From Methanomassiliicoccaceae archaeon (GTDB lineage Archaea > Thermoplasmatota > Thermoplasmata > Methanomassiliicoccales > Methanomassiliicoccaceae): a stretch of 64,000 nt of DNA. Made by a program: the position numbers and the translations under genes. The notes under the pieces are model-generated. The model was not told where the DNA came from, ran no database searches, and saw nothing but the letters and a program-made list of their open reading frames with translations. Shown here in pieces: positions 1-11,577 of this stretch. Location of the stretch: the NCBI GenBank assembly GCA_963728405.1, contig CAVSJV010000004.1, forward strand, positions 96,001 through 160,000, given 5' to 3'. Each line of letters begins with the position of its first letter. Position 1 is the first letter of the stretch.

Positions 1-50
1 TTGGAAATGGTGCCCAGGATAACGTTCAAAGATCTTTCAAGGAGCAATGG

Positions 51-969
51 ATGATGAACGGAACGAAAGTTGTTGTACCTCTGGACGTTCCCAGAGGAAA
101 GCGAAAAATGTTTTTGGACAACTACACGGCCCTGACCGGAGGGAAGGGTCGGCTCATGCTGTTCGCCGGGGACCAGAAAGTTGAGCATCTGAACGATGAT
201 TTCCGGGGTGAAGGCATCGCTCCAGACGATGGGGACCCCGAGCATTTGTTTCGGATCGCCGCCGGTGGCCGGATAGGGGCATTTGCTACCCAGTACGGGC
301 TGGTGGCACGTTATGCTGCAGACTACCCCAGGGTCCCCTATATCGTAAAGCTCAATTCCAAGACACATCTGGTCAAAACGCTCCAAGCCGAACCGCTCAG
401 CCAACAATGGATGACCGTCGATCAGGTTGCGGCCCTGAAAGATGAGAACGATATCACTGTGCTAGGGGTGGGGTATACTGTCTACCTGGGCAGCGAGAAC
501 GAGGCGATCATGCTCCGAGAGGCGGCCCAGATCGTCCACCGGGCGCATCATCATGGCCTCACCGCCATACTGTGGATGTACCCACGGGGAAAGGCCGTCC
601 CTAACGAGAAGGACCCCCACTGCGATCGCTGGGGCTGCCGGAGTAGCGGCCTGCCTAGGATCTGATTTTGCCAAGGTTAACTACCCCGAGGGGCCGGATG
701 CTCAGGATCGCTTCCGAGAGGCGGTGCGAGCGGCGGGAAGGACCGGGGTCATATGTTCTGGAGGAGGGCATATGGAGGTGAGATCATTCTTGGAGAGACT
801 CCATGAGCAGATCGCGGCCGGGGCGGCCGGAAGTGCTACCGGCCGCAACGTACATCAGAAGCCGTTGGACGAGGCGGTACGGTTCTGCAACGCCGTTTAT
901 GCTATCACCGTCGAAGATGCCTCGGTCGATGAGGCCATGGATCTCTACTGGGGGGACCTGGGAGCTTGA
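51..969 (+). CDS. Class I (DhnA-type) fructose-bisphosphate aldolase; one +1 frameshift at ~621
   Basis: Motifs [45 protein letters not shown]. Removing T621 joins ORFs 51-665 and 553-969 (KDPH-AIAGAAG). Confidence 0.85.
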
Positions 970-1700
970 CGAAGCTGGTCCTACTGCGACATGGTCAGAG
1001 CCTGTGGAACGAGGCGGGGCGGTTCACCGGCTGGATCGATGTGGACCTTTCCACCAAAGGTCGGCAGGAGGCCCTGGAGGCGGGCACAAGACTTCGCAAA
1101 GAGGGCATCGCCCTGGACCTTGCCTTCACTTCCGTCCTCAAGAGGGCCATCCGCACGGCATGGATCGTAATGGACGAGATGGACCTCATGTGGATCCCGC
1201 TGTCCCGCTCCTGGCAGTTGAACGAGAGACATTATGGGGCCTTGCAGGGGTTGAGCAAGGAGGACACGGTCAAGGAGCATGGAAAGGCCCAGGTCCATGC
1301 CTGGCGACGAGGGTATGATGTACGTCCACCATCCCTTGACCCGTCAGATCCTAGACATCCTCGGTTCGATCCCCGATACAAGGGACTCCAAGTTGATCTC
1401 CTTCCTTCATCCGAGTCCCTCAAGGACACATTGGACAGGACCCTGCCTTACTGGCAGGAGGAGATATTGCCCCTGGTACGAGACGGCAAGAACGTCCTGG
1501 TGGCGGCCCACGGCAACAGCCTGCGGGCATTGGTCAAGCACCTCGACGACATCAGCGATGATGAGATCACCGAGTTGAACATACCCACTGGAATCCCCCT
1601 GGTCTACGAGATGGTGGACGGCGCAGTAAAAGAACGGCGCTATCTGGCCTCGAAGGGTGAGCTGACCAAGGCTACGGAAAAGGCGGCCCAGGTGCGATGA
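966..1700 (+). CDS. gpmA: 2,3-bisphosphoglycerate-dependent phosphoglycerate mutase
   Basis: [36 protein letters not shown]. Confidence 0.95.
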   Translation: MTKLVLLRHGQSLWNEAGRFTGWIDVDLSTKGRQEALEAGTRLRKEGIALDLAFTSVLKRAIRTAWIVMDEMDLMWIPLSRSWQLNERHYGALQGLSKEDTVKEHGKAQVHAWRRGYDVRPPSLDPSDPRHPRFDPRYKGLQVDLLPSSESLKDTLDRTLPYWQEEILPLVRDGKNVLVAAHGNSLRALVKHLDDISDDEITELNIPTGIPLVYEMVDGAVKERRYLASKGELTKATEKAAQVR

Positions 1701-1908
1701 GCGGTGTCATATTTTCGCCGGCCTAGACCCTCGCCAGCTCCTTATTCTCCAGAGCATTGACCGCGAGCAGCCACGTCCCGCAAGCCTCTCTAGAAAGGCG
1801 CCGCCACTCGTGTATGCTCAGGGGCGGGGATCCCGGGACCATAGGGTCCCTTGATCGACCGTTCAGCCTTTTTGCCATATCCCTTCCCAAGCCCGGACCG
1901 TCCGGATC

Positions 1909-3585
1909 TCATACGATGACCTCCATTCTTTTTGATAGAGCCTGATCGTTGATCTCCGCTTTGAGCTTCGATAGGGTCCCGAATGCATCTTTATCTAGGT
2001 CAATCCTCAGGACCCTCCTCCCCCGATGTCTCAATGCCGCATAGTCTCCGAGAGAGGATGCACGGATCAATTCTCCAAAGGTATAGTCTGTCTCTGGCAC
2101 ATCCAGATCATCACCGATCTCATCGATGATCTGTAGGAACAAACCCGTATTGGGGCCCCCTTTGTGAAGCTGCCCTGTAGAATGTAAGAATCGGGGCCCA
2201 TATCCCAGAGTGGTAGCAACGCCTAGATCGAATAGGATCTTCCGACGTATCTGTTGCAATTCTTTCGAAATGTGGGCATCGGGTTCGAGATAGGCCTGAA
2301 TAGAGACGTAGTCACCCTGCCTGGCCTGAGACGACCATTTTCTCAACCTATCCTGCAATCCATCTGGATCACCAATGGAGATGGTCTCCACATTTTCAAG
2401 GATGGCTTCCTCCGTTCTGCCGGCGGCCATCATCTTTTTGGCCAGGTCCTTTGCCATTTGCACATCGGGTTGATCGAAAGGATTGATTCCAAGCACTGTG
2501 GCCGCCGAGGCCACCGCAATCTCCCAATTAAGAATTTCCCGGCCTAGGCCTATCTTTTCTTTCAACATTATGCGAACGGTAGGATGTCCAGCCTCCTCTA
2601 GCTCCTTCATCCGGTCCTCGATGTTGTCCTCATCCCCCCGCATGGTCAAACCAATGAAAAAACGGTCCGGTGGATAACTTGCAGGATCGAGCATAGGTTC
2701 GTCAATGATGGGCACAATGCCCTTTCCGCCCTTACCGGTGCTCTCCGCGATCAATTGTTCGATCCATGAAGGAAAACTGCGAACCGACGATGAGGCCAGA
2801 AATGTGACCTTGTCCCTTCCAGAAAGAGCTAGCTCACCCAACGCCGATCCCAGAACAAGGCCATCACTGTGCTCGGGCTTGGCTTGGAACGCATCGTTCT
2901 CACGCATGCTGAACGAGTTGTCAAGTAATTTGTGCACATCGATGCCGATCAACGCTGCCGGCACTAATCCAAACGCCGTCAGTGCAGAATATCGGCCACC
3001 CACGTCGGGTGTGGCCTCAAAGACCCGCCGGAAGCCCCTCTCCACTGCCAACTGGGCCAGGGGAGTTCCTGGATCAGTGATGGCGATGAAGTGACGCCCT
3101 CCATCGATTCCAGTAGATCGCATCTCCTTCCAAAAATACCTGAAGAGCGACAAGGTCTCCAAGGTAGTGCCAGACTTGCTTGAAACGATGAAAAGGGTTT
3201 TGCGGGGATCGATACTTTTTCTCACTTCCTTCACGGCAGCAGGATGGGTGCTGTCAAGAACGGTAAGCGCTGGATACCCCTTCGCGTTTCCAAAAGTTTT
3301 CTGGAATATTTCTGGAGCGAGGCTTGAGCCTCCCATTCCCAATAGGACCAGATCGGTCAAGCCTTCCATTCGTATCTCTTGGGCAAAATTGACAAAATCT
3401 TCGAGCTGGGGGGGCATCGATTCCCCAAGGGATAACCAGCCAAGTCGATTTGTTATCTCCGGGACCGGTTCCGGGAACCACAGAGTGGGGTCCCGCCCCC
3501 ATAACCTTTTGGTGAAATCTATCTTACTCCACTGCTCCAGCCGGGCGTCGACTTTGTTTTCATAAGGGCCTAAGTTCAAGAACAT
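1909..3585 (-). CDS. pgi: Glucose-6-phosphate isomerase (PGI half of the Tal-Pgi type)
   Basis: NRLGWL, LLGMGGSSL, VSSKSGTTLE, DVGGRYSAL, NPFDQPDV, GPRFLHSTGQLHKGG; AGGAGG RBS upstream of the ATG at 3585. Confidence 0.9.
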   Translation of the reverse strand: MFLNLGPYENKVDARLEQWSKIDFTKRLWGRDPTLWFPEPVPEITNRLGWLSLGESMPPQLEDFVNFAQEIRMEGLTDLVLLGMGGSSLAPEIFQKTFGNAKGYPALTVLDSTHPAAVKEVRKSIDPRKTLFIVSSKSGTTLETLSLFRYFWKEMRSTGIDGGRHFIAITDPGTPLAQLAVERGFRRVFEATPDVGGRYSALTAFGLVPAALIGIDVHKLLDNSFSMRENDAFQAKPEHSDGLVLGSALGELALSGRDKVTFLASSSVRSFPSWIEQLIAESTGKGGKGIVPIIDEPMLDPASYPPDRFFIGLTMRGDEDNIEDRMKELEEAGHPTVRIMLKEKIGLGREILNWEIAVASAATVLGINPFDQPDVQMAKDLAKKMMAAGRTEEAILENVETISIGDPDGLQDRLRKWSSQARQGDYVSIQAYLEPDAHISKELQQIRRKILFDLGVATTLGYGPRFLHSTGQLHKGGPNTGLFLQIIDEIGDDLDVPETDYTFGELIRASSLGDYAALRHRGRRVLRIDLDKDAFGTLSKLKAEINDQALSKRMEVIV

Positions 3586-3999
3586 GATATCCTCCTTTCC
3601 GACAATTTTGTCTCGGCGCTTTTCCTTTAGTGCTAACAGGAGAGTATTGAAATGTTCGGATGACGTCCTGGAACAATCGTCTGCAGGCCTTCCCCACCAC
3701 ATTCGGGCCTCTATTCCGAGAAAGGATGATCACATTGCCTATTCTTTCGTATCATCCATCTGGTCCTCGAACGTAGGACTTACATTCTCGTGCGCCATGA
3801 ACACGTTCATTGTTACCGGGAACCCCTTATCGGCGGTTTCTGACGCTACTGGCCCCCCCATACATCGGGCATCTGGATATCGATTCTTCCCTGCGACCCT
3901 CTTCGGCCCTCGAGAATAAACTCGTTTCACTTCCTAGAATCGGAGACCAATCTAGAAATCAGGACTCGACGATACCCGCCCACTACAAGGAGATTATAG

Positions 4000-5337
4000 A
4001 TGGGCGAACTGAAGAGGGAGCTGGGCCTTCTCGGGGCGACGGATATCGGCATCGGAGCTATCATCGGCGCAGGCATCTTTGTTCTGAGCGGCGTGGCGGC
4101 GGGCTTGGCCGGCCCAGGGGTCATAATGGCATTCGTCCTGGCCGGCATCACCGCCCTCCTCACGGCCCTGAGTTCGGCGGAGCTGTCGTCCTTCATCACC
4201 GAGGCCGGAGGCTCCTACATCTATACGACAAAGGCCTTCGGTAACTTCTGGGGCTTCATTGTCGGCTGGACGGCCGTTTTCGACTACATCGTGGGCGCGA
4301 GCGCGGTTAGCATCGGTTTTGCCGCATATCTCCTTTATTTCCTGGGGGTAGGTCTAGACCAGGTCCTGATAATCACCATCGGAGCGATCCTTCCCCTATG
4401 CCTGATGCTAGTCAACCTGAAAGGCATGAAAGAGGCGACCAGGGCCAATAATGTCCTCGTATTCATGAAGGTGGGCGCCCTCCTGATCTTCATTCTGACC
4501 GGGGCCATGTTCATTACCGGCGGTCATGGTCTCTCGAATTACTCCCCTCTTCTTCCGAATGGCGTTTCCGGGCTATTTTCGGCGACGGCGATCATCTTCT
4601 TTGCATTTATTGGGTTCAACACGGTCACCACTATATCGGAAGAGGTCAAGGAACCGGAGCGGACCGTTCCCAAAGCGATCCTCCTCGCCTTCGGGATCAG
4701 CACACTTCTCTACATCGGCGTTTCTGCGGTCGAGGTCGGTCTCGTGAACTGGAAGGTCCTAGGTGAATCCACTGCACCTCTGGAGACGGCCCTTAGGATC
4801 GCCACCGACAACATACTGATACTGAAATATGTGTCGATCTCGGCCTTGTTCGCCACCGCATCGGTAGTAATGTCCTCGATCATGGGCGGTTCTCGCGCTC
4901 TTTTTGCAATGGCAAGAGAGCGGACCATCCCTCACTTTCTTTCAGCGGTCTCCAGACGGGGGATCCCCATTGTGGCGGTCATATTATGCGGTACGGTAAT
5001 CGGAGGTATCGTTATCATCGCTGGAGGTAATCTGGGTTGGCTGGCTTCAGCTTTCAACTTTGGCACGCTGACAACTTTCATGTTCATCAATCTCAGCGTC
5101 ATAAAGCTTAGAGGAACATTGCCGAACCAGAAACGATTGTTCAAGGTACCTTTCTACCCAGTCACACCAGTACTTGCGATCGCATTCTGCGGAGGCCTCA
5201 TATTTTTCCTCAATATCAATGCGATAATCATCGCTGCGATCTGGATCACCTTGGGCATTGGCTTCTATTTGTTGCATCAGAGGAGAACGAAGCTATCGAT
5301 CGGAAACGATGCCATCAGAGTTCCCCCTACGACCTAA
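4000..5337 (+). CDS. APC-family amino acid permease
   Basis: IGAIIGAGIF TM1 motif, FFAFIGF, about 12 hydrophobic segments. Confidence 0.9.
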   Translation: MGELKRELGLLGATDIGIGAIIGAGIFVLSGVAAGLAGPGVIMAFVLAGITALLTALSSAELSSFITEAGGSYIYTTKAFGNFWGFIVGWTAVFDYIVGASAVSIGFAAYLLYFLGVGLDQVLIITIGAILPLCLMLVNLKGMKEATRANNVLVFMKVGALLIFILTGAMFITGGHGLSNYSPLLPNGVSGLFSATAIIFFAFIGFNTVTTISEEVKEPERTVPKAILLAFGISTLLYIGVSAVEVGLVNWKVLGESTAPLETALRIATDNILILKYVSISALFATASVVMSSIMGGSRALFAMARERTIPHFLSAVSRRGIPIVAVILCGTVIGGIVIIAGGNLGWLASAFNFGTLTTFMFINLSVIKLRGTLPNQKRLFKVPFYPVTPVLAIAFCGGLIFFLNINAIIIAAIWITLGIGFYLLHQRRTKLSIGNDAIRVPPTT

Positions 5338-5541
5338 TTCTGCTGCTGAACAGTCAACTGAGATGAAATCTATCTTCCTACCGATAGGGTTTGAAGAACG
5401 CCCAGATGCCCCATTCCATCTTTTATCGATTCTGTGGAGAGAGCCATCATGGGATTCTTTTTATCTCAAATTCCCTTAACCGTGGCCGAGGCCTTAAGCA
5501 CGGTCCGCTCTAACTCCCCAAAAGTAAGAAAGAATTTTTAT

Positions 5542-7218
5542 ATGCCACTGTTGCGAAGTATCCGTCGCCCATTCAGTGAGGACCTCGGGACCTATCTAAG
5601 GAAATGGGTACCTATCAGCATCGTTATCGGTATCCTCGCCGGACTTGGGGCCATTATTTTCCAGTTCCTCCTCGATGTGATCTGGAACGCCTCCTACAAC
5701 ACATTCTCGATACCATGGTATATCGTCTTGTTCATCCCGGCCATCGGGGGCCTTTTGGCCGGGATCATCATAATGAGATGGGCCCCCGAGACCGCCGGGT
5801 CCGGTACCGATCACATCATCGATGCAGTGCATCATCATGGTGGAAAGGTCCGGGCGAGGATCGTCCCGATCAAGATCGCCGCGTCGGCATTGACCATCGG
5901 GAGTGGCGGCAGTTCCGGGAACGAAGGTCCGATCTCCCAGATCTCCGGAGGCATCGCCTCGTTCATCGGCACCAAGCTGGGGCTGAGCAGGTCGGAAATG
6001 CGCATACTGGTGATCGCAGGAATGGCGGCGGGGTGGTCGGCCGTGTTCAGAGCGCCACTGGGATCAGCCATCTTTGCTATCGAAGTGCCTTACAAGAACG
6101 ACTTTGAGGGCAATGCGGTCATTCCATCGATCATCTCCAGCGTGACCTCCTATCTCGTCTTCATCCCTTTCGGCGGCGCCGACCCCATATTTTCTTCGAA
6201 CCTACCAAGCGTCAACATCACGGCCCAGCTGCTCACCACCGTTCTGATCCTGGGTGTGATCATAGGTCTTGTAGGGATCCTCTTCGTTCTTCTGATGAGA
6301 AGGATGACAAATGCCTTCCGCCGCTCCTCCCTCCCTCTGCCAGGAGCTACCTTCTTAGGGGGGCTAATGGTGGGGATCATCGGATTGGAATACCCCCAGG
6401 TGCTCGGCCTGGGAGAGGGTGCTATTCAGCTGATCCTTGGTGGCACTCTGATCACCATCGGCCTCCTCGTAGGCCTGCTTCTTGCCAAGATGATCGCCAC
6501 GTCGCTGACGGTTGGATCTGGTGGAAGCGGAGGTATCTTCTTCCCTTCCTTGATGATCGGCGGCGCGGTCGGCGGTATCATGGCAATGGTCCTGAACTTG
6601 CAACCTTACCCGCTCTTTGTATTGGTAGGCATGGGCGCCATGATGGCCGGAGTCTCCAAGACCCCGATCGCCGCCGCTGTGCTAGTCACTGAGATGGTGG
6701 GCGGTTTCGTTGTTCTCATCCCGCTCATGGTAGCATCCACAGTGAGCTATTTGGTATCAGGAAAGTATTCTCTGTTCGAGAGTCAGATCACCAGCGGCAG
6801 GATCGGTGTGGATTTCTCCACACTAGGCGAGGTCAAGGTAAAGGACGTCATGTCCGGAGGCCCCGTCTTCATTGACCTACAATCGTCCTCAGGAGAGGTA
6901 TTGAACCTGATCAAGGAACACCCACATCATCTGTATCCTGTTGTTCAGGACGATCGTGTGGTCGGCATCATAACAAGGGAGTCCGTTCTCCAAAAGAAGG
7001 ACCAGGATTTCACCCCGTCGGATCTGATGAGAATAGATTTTCAGTCCATTTCACAAACCAGTTCGGCCGCCAATGCGTTCGAGATCATGACGTCAAAAAG
7101 AGTGTCCGCGATCGTGGTTGTCCAATCCGACGAGAGCGATGGACTGGCAGGAATGATCACCAGGATCGACGTTTTCAATTCCATGGAGCATATGGACGAG
7201 AGGCACCACGCCTATTGA
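5542..7218 (+). CDS. ClC chloride channel/transporter with C-terminal CBS pair
   Basis: GSGTD, GSSGNEGP, FRAPLG, GGSGGIFFP; CBS-like tail; start uncertain. Confidence 0.9.
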   Translation: MPLLRSIRRPFSEDLGTYLRKWVPISIVIGILAGLGAIIFQFLLDVIWNASYNTFSIPWYIVLFIPAIGGLLAGIIIMRWAPETAGSGTDHIIDAVHHHGGKVRARIVPIKIAASALTIGSGGSSGNEGPISQISGGIASFIGTKLGLSRSEMRILVIAGMAAGWSAVFRAPLGSAIFAIEVPYKNDFEGNAVIPSIISSVTSYLVFIPFGGADPIFSSNLPSVNITAQLLTTVLILGVIIGLVGILFVLLMRRMTNAFRRSSLPLPGATFLGGLMVGIIGLEYPQVLGLGEGAIQLILGGTLITIGLLVGLLLAKMIATSLTVGSGGSGGIFFPSLMIGGAVGGIMAMVLNLQPYPLFVLVGMGAMMAGVSKTPIAAAVLVTEMVGGFVVLIPLMVASTVSYLVSGKYSLFESQITSGRIGVDFSTLGEVKVKDVMSGGPVFIDLQSSSGEVLNLIKEHPHHLYPVVQDDRVVGIITRESVLQKKDQDFTPSDLMRIDFQSISQTSSAANAFEIMTSKRVSAIVVVQSDESDGLAGMITRIDVFNSMEHMDERHHAY

Positions 7219-7264
7219 TCGGGCGACCGATTTTCAGTCGTAGCATTCATTATTGAGTCTCGGC

Positions 7265-8129
7265 CTAGGGTTTGATGCCCATGCCCTTAAGCCCATGAAG
7301 GATCTCTTCCATCACCTCAGAAACGATCAGGTCCTTCTTTTCAAATTCCCGTATCCAGATGTGCACATCCAAGGCTATTGAGGAAGCGTTGATGCTAGTG
7401 ATGAGCACCTGGGGCTGAAACCGAGCCGTATCTCCACTATAGTCAAGAAGTCTTCGAACTCGGGGCAGTTGTATGATCCTTCGAATAATGGACTCTTCCT
7501 CATTTGGAACTATGGGCAGGATGCGCCTGTTGGCTTCTATGATCTTGAGAATCAGACCCTTCACTGCGTCGTAGTTGGCTTGGAAGGGGACCTCAAGCTT
7601 CAGCGTGACCTCGACCAAGGCCGAGCGAGTGTAGTTGGTGACCTTTGAGCTAAGTATGTTGGAATTAGGTATTACGAACAATCTTCCATCGGAACTGCGC
7701 AGGACCGTGTTGGTGAGGTTAATGTCCTTGACCTGAGTCAGGCCAGTGTCACCGATTTCTATCCAATCTTCCAGTTGTATCGGCCGCTCTAGGAGAATAA
7801 GGAAACCGGCGATGACGTTCTGGACAACCTGCTGTGAGGCGAAGGCCACTGCCACACCAATTATACCTAGGGAGGCAGCAAGCTCACTGAAACTTAGGCC
7901 CAGTGGACCAAGCACGAGGACCAGTCCGACGAACAGACCAACTAGAAGAATGGTATACTCGACCGTCCGGGATATCATCTTAGAATATCGCAGGCTTTCC
8001 AACCTTTCGTCAAGCCAACAGTCGAAAAAGTGCGTAAAGTATTCGAGAGGTGAGAACGGAGAAGAATATCACTGCTACAGCAAGAATGACCAAGCCGACA
8101 TCTACACCAAATATCACCACCGCGGCCAT
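7265..8129 (-). CDS. mscS: Small-conductance mechanosensitive channel (MscS family); +1 frameshift at ~8020
   Basis: GVAVAFASQQVVQNVIAG, RPIQLEDWIEIG, IPNS..VTNYT. Removing A8020 joins the TM1 segment MAAVVIFGVDVGLVILAV (ATG 8129). Confidence 0.85.
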
Positions 8130-8362
8130 AGCAACCGCAGCTCGGTGCAAGGTAAAAAGGATTTGCTGGCCCCATACTTGTCCATGAATTAATAAAATTC
8201 GTCGCCGGTGGCAACTCCGCTCTTTGGTTTGTGTTCCTAGATACTATCTCACTTCTGAGGAATCGTCCTTATCGTCATCTATGTCCGCTAAAGGCAATAG
8301 CCCATGGACCAGACGTCAATGCTAAGTGATATGCTAAATACGACGGGCTTAATATATTCACC

Positions 8363-8518
8363 ATGGGGCAGAAGGCAATCAGGAAGATCGCCAATGTCCG
8401 AGCTAAGGAAATGGAAAAGATTGCCAAGGTGGAAGATAAAGAAAAGAAAGTGATCGCCAAGGATGAGGCAAAGAAGGTCAAGATGAGAAAAGGGGCAATG
8501 AGACGCTCTCCCGGTTGA
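8363..8518 (+). CDS. 51-aa Lys/Arg-rich small protein (not in the ORF track)
   Basis: MGQKAIRKIANVRAKEMEKIAKVEDKEKKVIAKDEAKKVKMRKGAMRRSPG; coding-like purine bias; AT-rich boxes upstream. Confidence 0.55.
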   Translation: MGQKAIRKIANVRAKEMEKIAKVEDKEKKVIAKDEAKKVKMRKGAMRRSPG

Positions 8519-8817
8519 GATCAAAGAGATAGGTTGCTGGTATGCAGCGCAATTGGGGGACCAAACCGCCTTCTGGACCATGGGGCAGAAGCCGTCACGC
8601 TTGATCCCCAAGCCGAGCCTCTTGACCATATGGGTCCCATGGATGGTGTTGTCCTCCAACCGATTAGGTAGTCTTCTGCTTTGTATTGCGCCATTAGGAT
8701 GATATGTCCCGAAGTTGAGCCCGACCAGCTCGAATGACATAAGGTTCAGATGCATCCACCATGCCCCTGTACCGATTATGTCAGGCATGAACGTGGAAGC
8801 CGGAGATCGGTGAATCG

Positions 8818-11314
8818 ATGCCCATTAATGAATCTGATACGGCGAAGCAGGTCCAGGCGGACATCGCGGCCACGAGCACGGCCACACTGTATGAACGGCT
8901 GTCTAGCAGCGAGGGGGGGCTCAGCTCCGATGAGGCTAGGGTGCGCCAGCGGAAGTATGGCTTGAACGCCATCAGTGAGAAGAAGGTAAGCCCCCTCATC
9001 AAATTCCTCCAATACTTCTACGGCCCCATCCCGTTCATGATCATGATCGCGGTAGTACTGTCCGCGATCATCGGCCACTGGGAGGATTTCTTCATCATCC
9101 TGGCGCTGCTGTTCTCGAACGCCATCGTCGGTTTTTATCAGGAGAGGAAAGCGGATAACGCCATCGAGCTGCTGAAGCAGAGGCTCGCCTTGACCGCGAA
9201 GGTGCTTCGGGACGGGAAGTGGGGGATGATCCCCGCACTCGAGCTGGTTCCCGGTGACGTGGTGCGGGTCCGGCTTGGAGACATCGTTCCTGCGGATGTG
9301 AAGCTGATCGAGGGGCAATTTCTCGAGGTCGATCAATCTGCGCTCACCGGCGAGTCGTTGCCGGTTGAGAAGACGTTGAACGATGTGGCCTACTCCGGTT
9401 CCATCGTTCGCAGGGGAGAGATGAACGCCCTGGTGGTGAACACCGGTATCCACACCTATTTCGGCAGGACGACCAAACTGGTGGAGGAGGCCATCAACGT
9501 AAGCCACTTTCAGAGGAACGTGGCGAAGATAGGCAACTACCTGATCCTCATCGTCGCCATCCTGGTGCTGATCGTGTTCGTCGTTGCCCTTCTGCGCCAC
9601 CAAAGCCTCTTAGACACTTTACAGTTCGCGCTGGTGCTCACCATCGCCGGCATCCCAGTGGCGCTGCCCGCGGTCCTATCTGTAACTTTGGCCGTAGGGG
9701 CCGTCATCTTGGCGAAAAAAGAGGCCCTGGTCAGCAAGCTCACCTCCATCGAGGAGCTGGCCGGGATGGACATCCTGTGCAGCGACAAGACCGGGACCAT
9801 CACCAAGAATCAACTATCCGTGGCCCAGATCGTAACCTACGACGTCTCCCAAGCGGACATGCTGCTGGCGGCCGCCCTCGCTTCCCGAGCCGAGGACAAG
9901 GACCCCATCGATAACGCCGTCCTAGAGAAGGCCACAGCCACCTCAGGCGCGGGGGAAAGAACAGTCGATTTTAAGGTTAAGCGTTTCACCCCCTTCGATC
10001 CGGTCATCAAGCGCACCGAAGCTGTTGTGGAGGGCGATGAAGGCGACTTCCAAGTGGCCAAAGGGGCCCCCCAGGTAGCGTTGCAGATGGCAAGGAACAA
10101 GGAGGCGATCCAGGCTCAGGTCAACAAGGGCGTGGAGGAGATGGCCAGATTGGGTTATCGCGCGCTAGGAGTGGTTCGCAACGATGGCGCTGGCTGGAAA
10201 TTTCTAGGGGTCCTGGGGCTCCAGGACCCACCACGGGATGATTCCTCCGAGACAGTCGCGCAGGCGAAACGGATGGGGGTCGATGTCAAGATGGTGACCG
10301 GAGATCATACTGCCATCGCCAAGGAGGTCTCCCGGCAGGTCGGACTGGGAACCAATATCGTGTCCGCAAAGGCACTTCTCGATACGCTGGATCAGCAAGC
10401 GGAGGAAATGATCGAGAACGCGGACGGAATTGCCGAGGTGTTCCCGGAGGCCAAGTTCCGCATCGTGGACCTGCTGCAGAAGAAGGGGCACATAGTCGGC
10501 ATGACCGGAGATGGGGTGAACGATGCGCCCGCCCTTAAGAAGGCCGACGCCGGCATCGCGGTGGAAGGTGCTACCGACGCGGCCAAGTCAGCGGCGGACA
10601 TCGTGCTCACGAGACCGGGTCTGTCGGTCATCATAGACGCCATCATAGAAAGCCGCAAGATCTTCCAGCGCATGATCAACTACTCGATCTACCGCATCTG
10701 CGAGACCATCCGCTTGCTGTTCTTCGTGACCTTGTCCATCATCGTGTTTCAATTCTACCCCATCACCGCGCTGATGATCGTGCTCCTGGCACTGCTCAAC
10801 GACCTGCCGATCCTGACGATCGCATATGACAAACGTGCTCTATTCAGCCAAGCCAGAAAGATGGAATCTCCGGACCGTGCTCATCGTCGCCACGTTCCTG
10901 GGAATGATCGGCGTGGTGGTGTCGTTCTTTACCCTTTACTTGGGCTTGGAGATCTTCAAGCTGGACCAAACATCGATCCAATCGTTCGTCTATCTGAAGC
11001 TATCAGTGGGCGGACACCTGGTCGTTCTGGTCGCCCGCACCAAAGGGCCATTCTGGTCAGTGAAGCCCGCCCGAAGGCTGCTTCTGGCCATCGTTTTAAC
11101 CCAGGCAGTGGCGACCGCCTTAGTACTGTTCGGGATCTTGTTGCCCCAGCTAGCCCTGGCCTACGTGGTGTTCATCTGGGTGGAGATGTTGATCGTGTTC
11201 GTCATCACCGATTTCCTGAAGGTGAGGCTCTATAATTACCTGATCAGAAAGGGGGAAGTGGCCATGGGCATCTCATCCCAGACCGAACTTCCAGGAAGGC
11301 TCAGCAGCAATTAG
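8818..11314 (+). CDS. Plasma-membrane-type proton-efflux P-type ATPase (P3A); +1 frameshift at ~10831
   Basis: LTGES, GIPVALP, DKTGT, TGDGVNDAPALKKAD, TM6 LLNDLP. Removing one A at 10831 joins YD-NVLYSAKPERW. Confidence 0.92.
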
Positions 11315-11577
11315 GTGCTTTTCATCATTCGAGTCCCTCGGTCGGAAGGGATACAACGATTAGATGAACGGCACGAGGTAGGTGGTGAAAGAGGAGATCG
11401 TGCTGGCCCTCCTGGATCGCTTCGACATGACCATCACTTGAGAGCATGGTCAGAAAAACGAGATCAGATGGTGTGAACGGTGCCTCATGGCCCATCTCCC
11501 CGTATCAACGTTTGACAAGTCACTATCTCGTATTGATATATTTTTATTTAATAAACTAATTAGCCCTAGGATTCGGG

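Noticed and set aside
5338-5541. Fluoride riboswitch / CLC-F exporter
   Set aside because: No crcB-motif consensus, and the protein lacks the GNNLI and GREGT signatures.
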